64,000 bases of DNA from the human T2T-CHM13v2.0 reference genome, Homo sapiens, in NCBI RefSeq assembly GCF_009914755.1, contig NC_060926.1. One strand, given 5' to 3'. Under the pieces are notes generated by a model. The model worked only from the letters and a program-made list of their open reading frames with translations, was not told where the DNA came from and did not search any database. A program made the position numbers and the translations under genes. Below, piece by piece: positions 1 to 19,450 of the stretch; position 1 is the stretch's first letter, and each line of letters starts with the position of its first letter.

Positions 1-639
1 TCTAATGAGTATATAGTAGTATCTCGTTGTGGTTTTAATTTGTTTTTCTCTAATTACAAAAGGTGTTGTGCATCTTTTCATGTACTTATTTTGCTATCTG
101 TATCTCTTCTTTGATGAAATATCTGTTGAAATCTTTTGTCCATTTAAGAAATTGGGTGTTTTTTATGGTTTGATTTTATTTAAATACTTTAAAAAATCAA
201 ATAGTTAATTTTGTAGAAAAATTAGAAAATTTAGATAAGAAAAAAAGAGAATTTAAATAACCCATGAATCCACAACTAAGAGATAACTAGTTTAACATTT
301 TGGTATACGTACTTTCAGACTATTTTTTAATGCAGATATACATGTTACAGACATCTAATCTGAATTACCTTGGCTGCATCAGCCTAAATGTTCTGGCTGA
401 ACGGTGGATGGTCAGACTCATTTCTACACCTTGCTCACAAAATGCAACTTAAGATGGGAGAATTTAGTTTCTTCTATGGAGAAACTAAGTTGCTTTACTC
501 TCTCGTACTGACATTTGGTAGTCGGCCAATAAAAAGGCTGGTGTACCAACCGATCACCATAAGTGAAACCCACCATTTGACCTGTCCTCCTCACTCCAGC
601 AAGGCCTTCCAATATATCTTTTTAGTTTATTTCTGTCAT

Positions 640-2230
<1,591 letters not shown>

Positions 2231-2249
2231 AATTTTAAAAATACCATGT

Positions 2250-2403
2250 GCAAGCAGGACATGATGGTGCATGCCTGTTTTCCCAGCTGCTGGAGAGGCT
2301 GGGGCTAGTTGGGAGGATTTCTTGAGCCCAGGAGTTTGAAGCTAGCCTGGGCAACATAGCCAGACCTTTTCTCTAAAAACAACAACAAAACAGAACAAAA
2401 AAA
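2250..2403 (+). mobile_element. Alu monomer (FLAM-like)
   Basis: Single diverged arm with A-rich tail. Confidence 0.7.
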
Positions 2404-2640
2404 ACCAACGATGTGCATATATTACTTTGATTAAAAAATTATTTTAAACATATCTGCATATACTTTTCAGATAGAGTTGGAATTGCTGGATCAAAAGACT
2501 TAACATTTTTAAAAAGTTTTTGCTATCTACTGTAAAATTGTCTTCCAAAAGTTGTAATCACTCACACTCCCACCAGCAGTATATGACAGTACCCATTTCT
2601 CTGCATCTTTGCTAATCTAGGTTATTTTTTAAAATCTTTG

Positions 2641-4169
<1,529 letters not shown>

Positions 4170-4979
4170 TGAAGTGTGTTTTCTTTATGAGTAGGTCCTA
4201 CTTGTAGCTAAGGCTAAGTGGCATTCTGTTTCCTTCCTTTTGAGTTCCTAGATTAATACTTGATGAAATTACAAATCTTCTATATAAACATATGTATTAA
4301 CATCTAGATTCTGGACCTAGAGAGAATTTAAAAAATTGTCTTCATTGTGCAGTAACAGAAAAACTGAATTATTAAGTGCTTGCCTGAACAAGTGCGTATG
4401 ACTTCCTTATTTCTATGAATGCCCCTAGTAATGTTTGACCCTTTGCTCCATATTCAGTCAACAAATTAATTAAATTAGACTCTACTTAGGCTTCATATCT
4501 GTTGTTTCCTTTCCATTCTTGCTCTTACCATTCAAATGTTGCTGTTGCTTTCAGGAAAATTTCGATAGATACTTCCAAATTACTCTTCCAAGGGATTTTA
4601 TATGAACTTATATTTCCACCAATAGTGTAGAAGAATGTGTCTTCAAACTGTCAACAACAGTTGGGAGTGACAAATTTTTTATCATTATCAATCTAATAGG
4701 TGAAAAATGGATGGCACTTCATTGTGATTTTGATTTGTATTGCTTATGTATGTAGGCAGAATATATTTCTGCCTAAATCTCATTAACTAGCATTAAGGGT
4801 CATATGGACAGGCTCAGTGCCAGGGGGCTAGCAATGCCAACATTTCACTTTGTAGCCTTTACAATGGAAGGCAGGGAGGAAGGGAGCTGGAATGGATGCT
4901 AAAGCCATCAACATTTTTTTCATTTATGACTTTTGGGTTTTATGTCCTTTTCTACACTAAGACTAAAATTGTACCTGTG

Positions 4980-6360
<1,381 letters not shown>

Positions 6361-6679
6361 GTTGAGAAATAGACTCCAAGGAGATTATCATGTAGAAAAC
6401 ATATTAGGGGTTGCTCTTGGGATTAACACCTGTGGAAGGGATGGAGCAGAGGCAAAATTGGACAGAGGCAGAAGTTGGGCTGTGGTGCAGTTTCAACTAA
6501 TGTTTCAGCTGACCCCATAGAGAGCCCCTTTTTTTGTTTGTTTTTTGAGACAGGGTCTCACTCTGTCATCCAGGCTACAGTGTAGTGGTGCAATCACAGC
6601 TCACTGCAGCCTCGACTTCCCAAGAGCCCATGTTTTTAAGACCTTTCATACCCTGCACTCTGCCACGATGGTACGCTGT

Positions 6680-6984
6680 TTATTTTTATTTATTATTATT
6701 ATTGAAAGGGAGTCTTGCTCTGTCACCCAGGCTGAAGTGCAGTGGCATGATCTCAGCTCACTGCAACCTCTGTCACCTGGATTCAATCAATTCTCCTGCC
6801 TCAGCCTCCCAAGTAGTTGAGATTACAAGTGCCTGCCACCATGCCTGGCTAATTTTTGTATTCCGGTAGAGATGGGGTTTCACCATGTTGGTCAGGCTGG
6901 TCCCAAAATCCTGACCTCAAATGATCTGCCCGCCTTGGCCTCCCAAAGTGCTGGGATTACAGACGTGAGCGACCATGCCCGGCC
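6680..6984 (-). mobile_element. AluS (Alu fragment also at ~6528-6625)
   Basis: Antisense Alu dimer. Confidence 0.9.
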
Positions 6985-7317
6985 ATGTACACTGTTTGTA
7001 TATAACATATTAGCACTAGATGCTGATGATGAAAGCTAGCTGAAGTCAACCAGCCGTGTCATTTTGACTTCTGGTTGTTTAGTGCCTCTTTGGTGGTAGA
7101 TGGTGCTTGCTGGTAGGCATTACCATGTAATCTTCATGCCCACTTTGTGCCTATTCACATATACCCATCCTTCCCCAGACTTTCTTGTTCCTGATCTGCC
7201 AAGCTTTCTCTTCTAGGTCCTGAGGAGCTTGGTTTTAGAAATCAGATAATCCATTATCTGCTAGGATGGTTTAAATAAAAGAAGCTTGTATTAAAACTCT
7301 CCATAATATATTTGACT

Positions 7318-7476
7318 TTTTTTTTTTTGAGACGGAGTTTCATTCTTGTTGCCCAAGCTGGAGTGCAATGGTGCGATCTCAGCTCACTGCAACCTCTAAC
7401 GCCTAGGTTCAAGCGATTCTCCTGCCTCAGCATCCCAAAGTGCTGGGATTACAGGCGTGAGCCACCGCACCCGGCC
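7318..7476 (-). mobile_element. Alu collapsed to monomer length by internal deletion
   Basis: Right arm joins left arm at CCTCAGC/CCCAAAGTGCTGGG; TSD TATATTTGACTTTTT on both sides. Confidence 0.85.
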
Positions 7477-7654
7477 TATATTTGACTTTTTTAAAAGCCG
7501 AACTATACTATAAAGAATGTTTTCAAAAGAACCAGCCAAATTAAAATTATAGAAGGTTTTTTGTTACCTTTAGATTCATGTTTTAATATTCATGGTGAAC
7601 TATCTTTTCTACTAAAGCCCTTAGACAACTGGCAGTAGCAATTTTCACTGTCTA

Positions 7655-7885
7655 GAAGGTGGCTTCTCCAACTCAATGTGCATAAGAAGCACCTGGAGCT
7701 CTTGTTGAAATGCAGATTAAGATTCAGTTGCTCTGGGCTGAAGCCCAAGACTGTGCATTTCTATTAGGCTGGTGCAAAAGTAATTGCGGTTTTGATGGCA
7801 AAAACCACAATAACTTTTGCACCAACCTAATAACAAGCTTCCAGGTGGTGCTGGCGCAGCTGGTCTGCAAACCACACTTTGAATG
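7655..7885. mobile_element. MER5A-like hAT DNA transposon (host of MADE1)
   Basis: gaagcacctggagctcttgttgaaatgcagatt...ctgtgcatttcta[MADE1]acaagcttccaggtg...ccacactttga. Confidence 0.7.
7764..7830. mobile_element. MADE1 (Hsmar1-derived MITE), 67 bp
   Basis: TTAGGCTGGTGCAAAAGTAATTGCGG...ACTTTTGCACCAACCTAA inverted repeats with TA TSD. Confidence 0.92.
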
Positions 7886-8082
7886 GCCAAGTTCTGTGGC
7901 CTCTTGTCCTTCCCTGCTAGCTGGAAATTCACCTTATAACAAATTCAAACCCACTTTGGTCCTTTGGGCTAAAACCGATCCAAGATTTAAGATGTTCAAA
8001 TTGGGATGGTTAACTGATCCCATTACATGTTCTGCCCTGCAAGTTAGAATGCGGACTTAAATGAAAAATTAAACTATAGTCA

Positions 8083-8408
<326 letters not shown>

Positions 8409-9012
8409 TTGAAAATGTGACCCACACTCTCCATATTCATTCATACTCTCTATGTCCTTTGATTTAACCAGTATTCTTGTCATACCTTAATCTCTTCTTA
8501 ATGAATAAGATTTAAAAAGATGTATCAATGGAAATAATGTGTTAAACAACTTATCTGTTGACATAGCAAATAAGTAGAATTATTTTAGAAAGCTATTTAG
8601 TAATCTGTATCAAGATGTTGTTTTTTTACACCAGAATTGTTTCAATGTTTGTTTTACCCCATATTCTCATTCTTGATAATTTATTATACAAAATTATAAT
8701 ATTTGCTGAGCATTGCCACATGCTCTTCACTGTAATGGATTGTAGATTAACTTGCAGTAAGGAGAAAAGCACTTTCCACAAACATATTTATTTCAGTATG
8801 AACTAAAATGAAAAACATAGGAAACTAAATCTTCAACAACTAGGTAAATTTTTATATAACAACTCAAAGGAATAATTCAAGACATTAAAAATGTGTAAAT
8901 TATAAAATTGTGTGTTAAATGAATGCAAATAAAAAACTATAGAAGCAAAAAAAAAAAATGAAAGTTAAAGAGGCAGAATTTTAAATAAAATGTTGCCTTA
9001 AAAGTTACTTGA

Positions 9013-9388
<376 letters not shown>

Positions 9389-10059
9389 TCATTTCATTTC
9401 TTTGGCTGTTGAGGCAACTTTTAAAAAGCCTTCTCTTACACCAGCAAAAATATTCTTGTCCTTTCCTGCTTTCATAGCCTACATCTTCCTGTTTGTGAAT
9501 ACAGGTAGGAGATGTTGGAGTGGCAATCTGGGGCTCTCCCGTGGTTTACAGTGAAGAAAATAACTCAGTTTCATCAAGAGGCTGGCAAATGTTTTGCAGA
9601 TATTTTACAATTGTATCAACCATAACAATGCCACAGATTCTACAAGGCTAAAAACCAGGCAGCAAGGCATTTGTCTTTCGGCTATTTTTGCTTAGAAGTT
9701 ATTGGTGTTTGGCCTTATTTTCTTATATTGTAAACTTTTTGGATATTGGATATTTAGTTGTAAATGTCAGCTTGTTTATATTTGAGTTTACTCAACATTG
9801 GAATCCCTAAAGAATTCTTGAAGTTTGATAAATTCCCAGATACAACGGCACAATTCAGGGAGAGGAGTTTAGAGTCGTGAGTACCCTTTGCAGGAAGATA
9901 ATGGTAAGCAAAACCTACTCTTAAAAGTTGTGTTGGGGGGTAGACCACAGTAGCTGATGGATGGTGAATGGTCTCAGGGTGGGAGTGGAGAATGGAGAAG
10001 GAAGAGGAGGCTCTGGGGCATAAAATGATGGGCCCTATACTAGCACCTCATTCTTGCTT

Positions 10060-10615
10060 TTACAGGGGAGGGAAAGACTTTTCCTCTACCCTCCTAGGTT
10101 TAAAATTTGAGTCTGTGAAACAAACTGACAATACGCAGATTAACCGGAGAAAAGGTATACAAATTTATTGCATGGATGGGGCATCACAAGAGAAAAAAAA
10201 ATGAATACCCAAAAAAGTGGTGAGATTTGGGAGCTTATACTGTCTTCGTAGGGGAAAGAAGAAGAGGGATATGGACAACTTAGGAGAGGGTAAATAATTT
10301 GGGGGAAAGAATGAGCCCTTAGGGAGATGGAATCGTTTGTAGCAAACTCTTACATTCTATTATAGATGTAATAGAAGTGGTGTCCACTTCTAATCTTCTG
10401 TCCTGTTGTAATAGTCAATCTTCCTGGTTGATTAACCTACCAGAGAGGGGAATTAATGACAACTGAGTTCATTTTGGAGGATCTGTCTTCAGGCAGGTAA
10501 GGGAGAGTTCAGAGAAAGCCTCTCCCTGCATTTGCTGTCTTTCAAGTGTCTTCAGCTTCAAATAATTAGTATACCAAAGTAGCATATTTTGGGGTGGCAT
10601 GTCCCAAATGCCTTT
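10060..10615 (-). mobile_element. ERV1 MER4-group solo LTR (MER34/MER31-like)
   Basis: Minus strand CCACCCCAAAATATGCTACTTTGG 5' motif and typical 3' segment. Confidence 0.55.
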
Positions 10616-10716
10616 GCTTTCTTTTTTCTGAGTTTGGGAAATGTTCTTCCTTTTCTTGGGCACACTGTCCCCACCAAAGACAGAACAAACAAACAATTCA
10701 AGCTTTTATGCAATGA

Positions 10717-11140
<424 letters not shown>

Positions 11141-11953
11141 TGAAAATGATCAAATCCTTTCACCTGCCTGTCTTGCTAGGGGCGTGGAGAATACATAAAG
11201 GTACACAGAACTAGAAGGATGGAGGAAATAATGAGGCTGTCATGGGAGATTTCCTAAAGGTTACTATGAATTAGCTAATTTGTGATACCTTGTTGCTAAT
11301 TGCTGAAGAGAGGCTGCTCTTTTATTCAGAGTTATGGCTATGCCAGTTCCTTCTGGGCACTATTCATATGCATGAGTTTGCCTCTTGTTCTACATCAGTG
11401 CCTCCTGGTTTGCCCTCCTCTTTACACTCTTGACATGCAGAGGTGAAGGCAAGTGTGGTTGTGCTTTCGTTAATTTTGTATGGGAGGAAGTGGTTGTTCA
11501 GTGACCTTGGAAAAGCCCAGTGCTGATGTTTTACAGCAGGTGGCAGCCTTTCCCTGGGAGAGAAGACAGAGCTAGTCTGATCTAATGCAAAATTGTTTAG
11601 GGTTTTATTGCTTTTCCTTGATAGACGTGTCAAGTGATTACCTGACCCTGAAGTTGAAATTGGCTTTATCACAGAGGGAAGAGAAGCAGAGATCCTAAGC
11701 CCTGGAAAAGGGAGTGTAAACTCACTTCTGGGGCTCAATCCCACAGCTGCTGCCTCTGAAGAAACTGGTGGCTGCCCTCAGGGAGTCTGGTCAAGTTCAG
11801 ACACCACATGGCATCTCTGAGCAAGGGCCCACAGAGAGACACGGATTGGAGCAGGGAGACACAGATTGAAGCAGATCAACAATTATCCTGCTGTATTTTG
11901 TGAAGGAGGGCATTTGATAGCAGAAGTACCCCCTTTCCATTCCAGATGTGTAA

Positions 11954-12265
<312 letters not shown>

Positions 12266-12378
12266 GCAGCCTTTTAAACTAATCTGCCAAATGGTTTTCT
12301 TAAGGTTATTCAGTTACTTGCATTCAAATTTGCAAAGTGCTTAATAAAAGGAAAGGCAGACTTGGTGGAGAAGCTTGA

Positions 12379-12770
<392 letters not shown>

Positions 12771-12939
12771 TAATTTATCAATAAAGTGCTATGTAGAAAA
12801 CATTATTCAAAACTTAGCGTAAATGAGTAGAGATTGACCGAAGTCCCTATAGATGAATCTACTTTATGCCTAAAGGAAATATGGGTGATTAGACAGGGAT
12901 AGGAGCAGACAGAAATCAAGGGACTAGGTGGGACTATTG

Positions 12940-13100
12940 AAATTAATTAAAATTGAAATGAAAAATTCAGTTCCTAAGTTGCACTAGCCACATTTCAAGA
13001 GCTCAACAGCCACATGTGACTAGCGTCTACCATGTTGGACAGCACGGATAATTGACCATTTTTATCATCACAGAAACTGCTACCAGATAGCAGTGGACTA
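12940..13100. mobile_element. MER3/MER33-like hAT-Charlie element
   Basis: aaattcagttcctaagttgcactagccacatttcaagagctcaacagccacatgtgactag motif. Confidence 0.7.
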
Positions 13101-13322
13101 GAAGAAAAAAACAGGGAGTGTGGCCAAGTGAAAAGGTGAGTAGTTAAGAACAAACCCTCCCTGTAATGCTAATTATTGAAATACTAATTCCTAAGTGTGG
13201 CAGGAGTTTCAAATAGAGTATCTCATATAATCCTCATACTGATCCACAACCACAGTAACGCTGCTGACATTTGTTGAAACCTTTTTACTACTGCAGGCCA
13301 GGCACTAAAAACTCTGTTGAAC

Positions 13323-13965
13323 TGTTTGGGCTCGGAAAACAATACCCTAAAACAAAGACCTCAGAAAGCAACCTCAGAAACAGAAGTTTTTCTTTGACCT
13401 TCTCCTGCCCTCCTGTCTCTTAATCCTTTCTCCACTGAGGCCAGCCGCAGAAACTAGAATCCCTCTTCCCGAAGGTGGGTCATAGAAACCAGAACCCCTT
13501 TACCCAAAGCTAGTCATAAAACCTACAATTTTACTCTAACTTTCCCTCCACCTTTCTGTATAAAAACTGGCCATGAAGAAATTATCTGACCTCCCTTATT
13601 TGACTGTAGGACATAAGACCCTGGTTCCAGAGAGGGTCCTGTCCCACACCCAGAAGGAAGGAATGCGTGCTCAGAGACGCCAAGAAGAATCTAGACGGAC
13701 AGGCCTTGCTGGGTTTCCCCACTCCGGCCATTAGATCTTACCCTTTTTGTCCAGTCATGTTCCTATACAGCTGGCCATACTTTGTTGAACCTAAGCATAA
13801 AAATGACAATTTCCCCTGCGTGTTTTGGTCTTCATTCTGAAGGCTCTTGTGTATTCCCGTTAAATAAATTTGAATGTCTTTTCTCCAATTAGTCTACCTT
13901 TTTTGAGTTGGTTTTTCAGCAAACCTTCTGAGGGCCACGAGGAAAGCTCTCCCTTGGCCCCTACG
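13323..13965 (+). mobile_element. MER39-like ERV1 solo LTR inserted in a MIR
   Basis: Starts TGTTTGGGCTCGGAAAACAATACCC, ends CCCTTGGCCCCTAC; degenerate 4-bp TSD GAAC/TAAC; MIR core resumes ~14010-14110. Confidence 0.75.
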
Positions 13966-14835
13966 TAACTTGCTGGTCTTTGCAAGAACTCAGTCAAGTT
14001 GGTACTATTATTGTTCCTATTTAACAAATGAGGAAACTGTAGCAGAGAGGGACTTTAGTAACTTATCCAAGGTTACCTGGCTTGTAAGGAATAACTGGGA
14101 CTCAAACCCATGTCTTTCTGGGCTGTAACAATTACAGAGAAAGCAAGCAAGGAAAATACCTAGCACTCTCTTTATGTGAGTCAAATTTGCTTTTAAGCCA
14201 CTTTTCCCTAAGGCAGGCCCACCTCTTAGATTTTCTGTCACATAATTGTCTTTCTGGCTGAAGAAGAAGGCATTATGCCAATTCTGAGAGAGTAACAATG
14301 ACCCCCTGTTAGTCAGGATGTGAGCCGCTTCCTTCCCTCTAAAGCAGAGTCTGCTGCTGCACAAGGGAAGTTGGTTTCTCAGAAGCTCACCTTTGTAGAC
14401 ACAAGTCTGTTTGGGTGACATTTTTTAAGTAAAATATTCTTAAGATGAAAATGAAGACTAGAAGTGTACATGGGAGATGCTCTTTTCTCTAGGTGGTGAG
14501 ATTAAGAAAAACTGTTTTTCTATTCATCCGTATTCTGTAACTTTTCTACATGAATATGTCTAAAAAATTTTTTTTAAAAAATCAAAGCCAGAGACTGCAT
14601 GGGAAAAAATTGTGCCTTGGCTTTTGTTAATAGGCTTTTGATAAGATAGTAACTACTTTAGTACTAATAGCCAATAAAAATACATTTGGTTGAGTGCTAA
14701 ATACTTTAAACAATAGCAGGGGAAGTGTGGAATTTAATTATAAGGTTAAAAAGGACACTAAACAATGTCCAGATACTCAGTGCTTCTCTGCAGATGGAGA
14801 CACAGTTGTTTTGTGTTCATGGCCCTGTCTTTTAA

Positions 14836-15143
<308 letters not shown>

Positions 15144-17294
15144 TCCTGTCTTATGTCGCACAGTTCAAAGTGAGGCACAGGCTGGTAGATAAAAAACAGG
15201 GAAAGTCATGAATCACAATATTACTTTTATCATCAATTAGCAACAAATGGTCTCTGAAAACTAATAAACTTGGCATGGGGAAAGAGAGAGGTGATCTTTT
15301 CAAGCTACAGTGCATGTTTGTTCTCCCAGGTGAGACTCATTAAGTAGAAGCCATGTTACTGAGAATTTGCAAATATAAGCAGTATGGAGGCAGAAAAAAA
15401 AAAAAGAGGCTGAAAACTGGTCAGTGCTTGCTAAGGTTCTTTTCTCCTACAAAATTCTAAGATTTTGTGATCGTTTTAGTTTAGTAGTATGTCTTTATAT
15501 ACTTTTAAAGTTATGTACTCTTAAGTTTCTATACATTTTAAAGCTAGTTTTCCCTAAATTGATGTGCTGCTACAGGGTATCTTAGACTTTTAGTTAAATC
15601 TGTAGGTGAGTCCACTATAAAATGCTAGCCAAATGAAATGGTAGCCAAAAACATTTTCAAATACCTAAGTATCCAGAGTGAGTACAGTTTATAGGCTCAC
15701 TCACTTTAATGGCGAAATAAAGGAATTTTAAGTACAAAAGATAACTCAGAGGAAGAATCAAGTGATAATACAGCACCAAGGAATCAAGAAGTCATCCCCC
15801 ACCTTCCTCACTTCCCCATCTCTCAGGGTTCCATTTAAAACCAATTCCTGCTTACCTTGGAGTGTAATTTAAGTGGAGTGGCTATAGTATTAAAGCTAAG
15901 GAGAAGGAAAAACATGTGAATTACCAGCAGTCATCTGTCTAGGCAGACAGTTGGAGACAAGAAAGAACAAACTGAAAAAGGGCAACAGACTCATGCCACA
16001 GGTGGTGCATGCAGGTGCAAGGACTTGGGTCAGACAAGCCCTTCTCAGAAACACAGAGAAATATTCAGCCTTGTTCACTTTCATTCCCTGCAAGAGGACA
16101 GACCTGGCAGCCTTAAAAAGGAAGAGTTCTGGAATCAAACCGGGCTCTTTTGTGTTTCCTGTTTGGCTGAAAGCAATTTGAAGTGAACAAAATCCTAAGA
16201 TCAACTCACTTTAAAAATTGTATATATATATATATATGTACATATATACATTTTATATTGCCTGATTATGCCAAATAATCTGACTTTACCAACTACATTG
16301 TCTTTGCAGATGATGCAGAGCTACCTGTTTGTTTTCTCTTTTCTGTGCTTCATTGTTAGATAACTTTCCATTTTGTTTGATGGAAATAACCACGCTAGGG
16401 TCACTGATCTGACACTGCAATCTCTTTATTCTTGGTTTTACACTGCACTTCTAGTTTCATAAATGAGGCCGTATTTAGGCTTTGGTTTATGGAATTGAGT
16501 TTACAAGGGTATCCTTCACTCTGTTTTATTTCTACCCTCTGGCATCTCATGGATGTGTGCTTTGCTCAAGTGTCCCCAGAGACCCGGAAGAACCAGCTAG
16601 ATGGATGATCCTTGAGTTGCTAGTTGCACAGATGTTTACATGGATTATCTCAAAAATCAGATGTTGCATCTCATTTATGGGATGAAAAAGCTTCAAGAAA
16701 GGAAGATAGGATTTAGATCTTTCCTTTTTTCTTCTTTTGGACTTAAAGTGCAAAGATTTGAGTTAATCGCCTTCCTCAGATCACTGTATGTGATCATCCA
16801 TGAGAGGACCTTTTTGTTTTATTTTAATTCATTGTTTTCCTCCTTGATTGCCAGCACTGGCAGTCACTCTGATGTATTAATAAGTGTTTGGATATGAGTG
16901 TACCCCCAGGTTGTTTTTTCTATAATGCTGCTTTATGAATATATGTGTTAAATCTGTAATGTTCAATGGCTCTCATTCTGTTTCTTGCTTTTTGATGCAA
17001 TGCTGTTTTTAAGCTCTATTCATGTTCCTTTATGCACAGCTAGCGCATTTCTTCTAACTGCTGCATAAGATTCCATATTATGTGTCATGATCATGTCATG
17101 ATCATCTGATCCTCTTAACATATCTGTGGCCCCTAGTGGTGGACTCCCAGACTGCCCCGAACTCTCTTGTACCACAAACAATCCTGTGATAGACATGTTT
17201 GTGTGTATTTCTTCATGAACCTGTGTGGAGAGGGATTCCTGGATTGTAGGTTGTCAGTGAGCATGCACGTGTGTGCATGTGCGCATGCGCACAA

Positions 17295-17296
<2 letters not shown>

Positions 17297-17345
<49 letters not shown>
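17297..17345. repeat. (AC)n microsatellite
   Basis: ~24 perfect units. Confidence 0.95.
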
Positions 17346-17348
<3 letters not shown>

Positions 17349-17663
17349 ATACTGCCACAGTGCTCTCTAGGATACCTGTATCTGTGTACACTCCCGGCAG
17401 CAGCACATGAGGGTTTTTGTTTCCCACACCTTTGCCAAGATTGCCAAGATTTCCCAACTTTCTAATTTTTATAAATCTATTGGGTGTAATGTAAGGCGGT
17501 ATGTCAAATAGTTTTAATTTCCATTCTTCTGTTTACTAGTGACACTGAACTTCTCTTCAATCCTTCTTAGGCATTTGGTTTTCCACTTCTGAGAGTTGGC
17601 TATTCATACTTTTTGTCAATGTCTCTCTTGGGTACTTTATCTGATTTATAGGAGTTCCTTATA

Positions 17664-18202
17664 AAGTCGTCCCCCCTTATCTGAGGTTTTGCTTTCCGAG
17701 TTTTGTTACCTACCATCTTTAGTCCAGAAATATTAAGTGGAAAATTACAGAAATAAACAATTCATAAGCTTTAAATTGCATGCCATTTTGACTAGTGAGA
17801 TAAAATCTTGTGCCATCTTGCTCCATCCTGCCCAAGGCCCTTATCATTCCTTTGTCTAGCATGTAACCACATGCTGCCCACCCCTTAGTCACTTAGTAGC
17901 CCTGCCGGTTCTCAGAATAATTTGTGGTATCTCAATGCTTGTGTTCAAGTCACTCTTATTTTATTTAATAATGGCCACAAATTGCAAGAGTAGTAATGCT
18001 ATTATATTATTATAATTTGTTGTATTGTATTATTAGTTATTGTTAATCTCTTACTGTGCTTAATTTACAAATTAAACTTTATCAGAGGTATGTATGTAAA
18101 AGAAAGAAACATAGTATATATAAGGTTTGGTGCTATCCACAGTTTCAGGCATACACTTGGCAAAGTTTGGAATGTATCCCCTGCAGATAAGGAGCACTAT
18201 TG
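17664..18202. mobile_element. MER44/Tigger7-type TcMar DNA transposon within old L1M sequence
   Basis: Terminal AGTCGTCCCCCCTTATC...GATAAGGAGCACTATTG; MER44-like interior. Confidence 0.7.
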
Positions 18203-18858
18203 TATATTCTGGGTTTGAATTCCTTGTTGGCGTGAAATATCTTCCAAATGTTTTCTTTCTGTCTATCCTCTGTCTGTGTAAGTTTGTTTATGATGGGCTT
18301 CACTGAACAGAAATCCGTAATTTTCGTGCAGTCAAAATTTCATGTCTTGTGCTTTTTGGGTCTAATTTACAAAATTCTTTCCCATTCCAAAGTCTTACAT
18401 ATATTCTATATATTCTTCTATTAGCTTTATCATTTTATAGCTGTATACCAAGTCATAAGGTACTCATAAATATATGATTATTGTTGGTACCCCTAATGTT
18501 GTGTAACACAGTACTGGCCATATTATAGGAACTTAACAAATAAATTTTGTTTCTTTCTCTAGCCCTGTTTCTCTGGTAAGTGGATTGAATGACCCCTCTG
18601 CTACAGACTGTTTTGTGGCTGAAGAGGATAGAAAGCTCTTTCTGCTCTGGGCCTTACTAAGCCAACAGCATGCTATCTCCGTGCTATCACCCTAGTCCAA
18701 GCCACTGTCATCTCATACCTGGAATTTTATAGCAACCTCCTAACTGGCTTCCTGGCTTATGTATTTTCAGCTTTTTCCCATTCATTTGCAGCCCTGTTAC
18801 CAGAGTGATAGAGCTTAGATTAGTGCTGGCACATAGTAAGTGCCCAATAAATGTTAGT

Positions 18859-18908
18859 TATGATGATGATGATGATGATGATGATGATTATTATTATTAT
18901 TGTTATTA
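18859..18908. repeat. Compound (GAT)n(TAT)n microsatellite
   Basis: Directly visible. Confidence 0.9.
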
Positions 18909-19128
18909 TGGAGCTTAGCATTTATAAGAACTTTATAAAATAGTTATAAACGAAAAATGTGTTCAGTATCCATATAGAATGCATTGTACTAGTGAAAGGC
19001 TAGTACAGACTAGCAACCTAACTTTGGCCATTCATCATCTGTCATGGTCCCAATGTCATCATTCCAAACTGTGCAAGATGTAAGTAGCTGGGGATTGAGC
19101 TCTACAGGCTATAGAAAATGTCCTAGAG

Positions 19129-19450
<322 letters not shown>

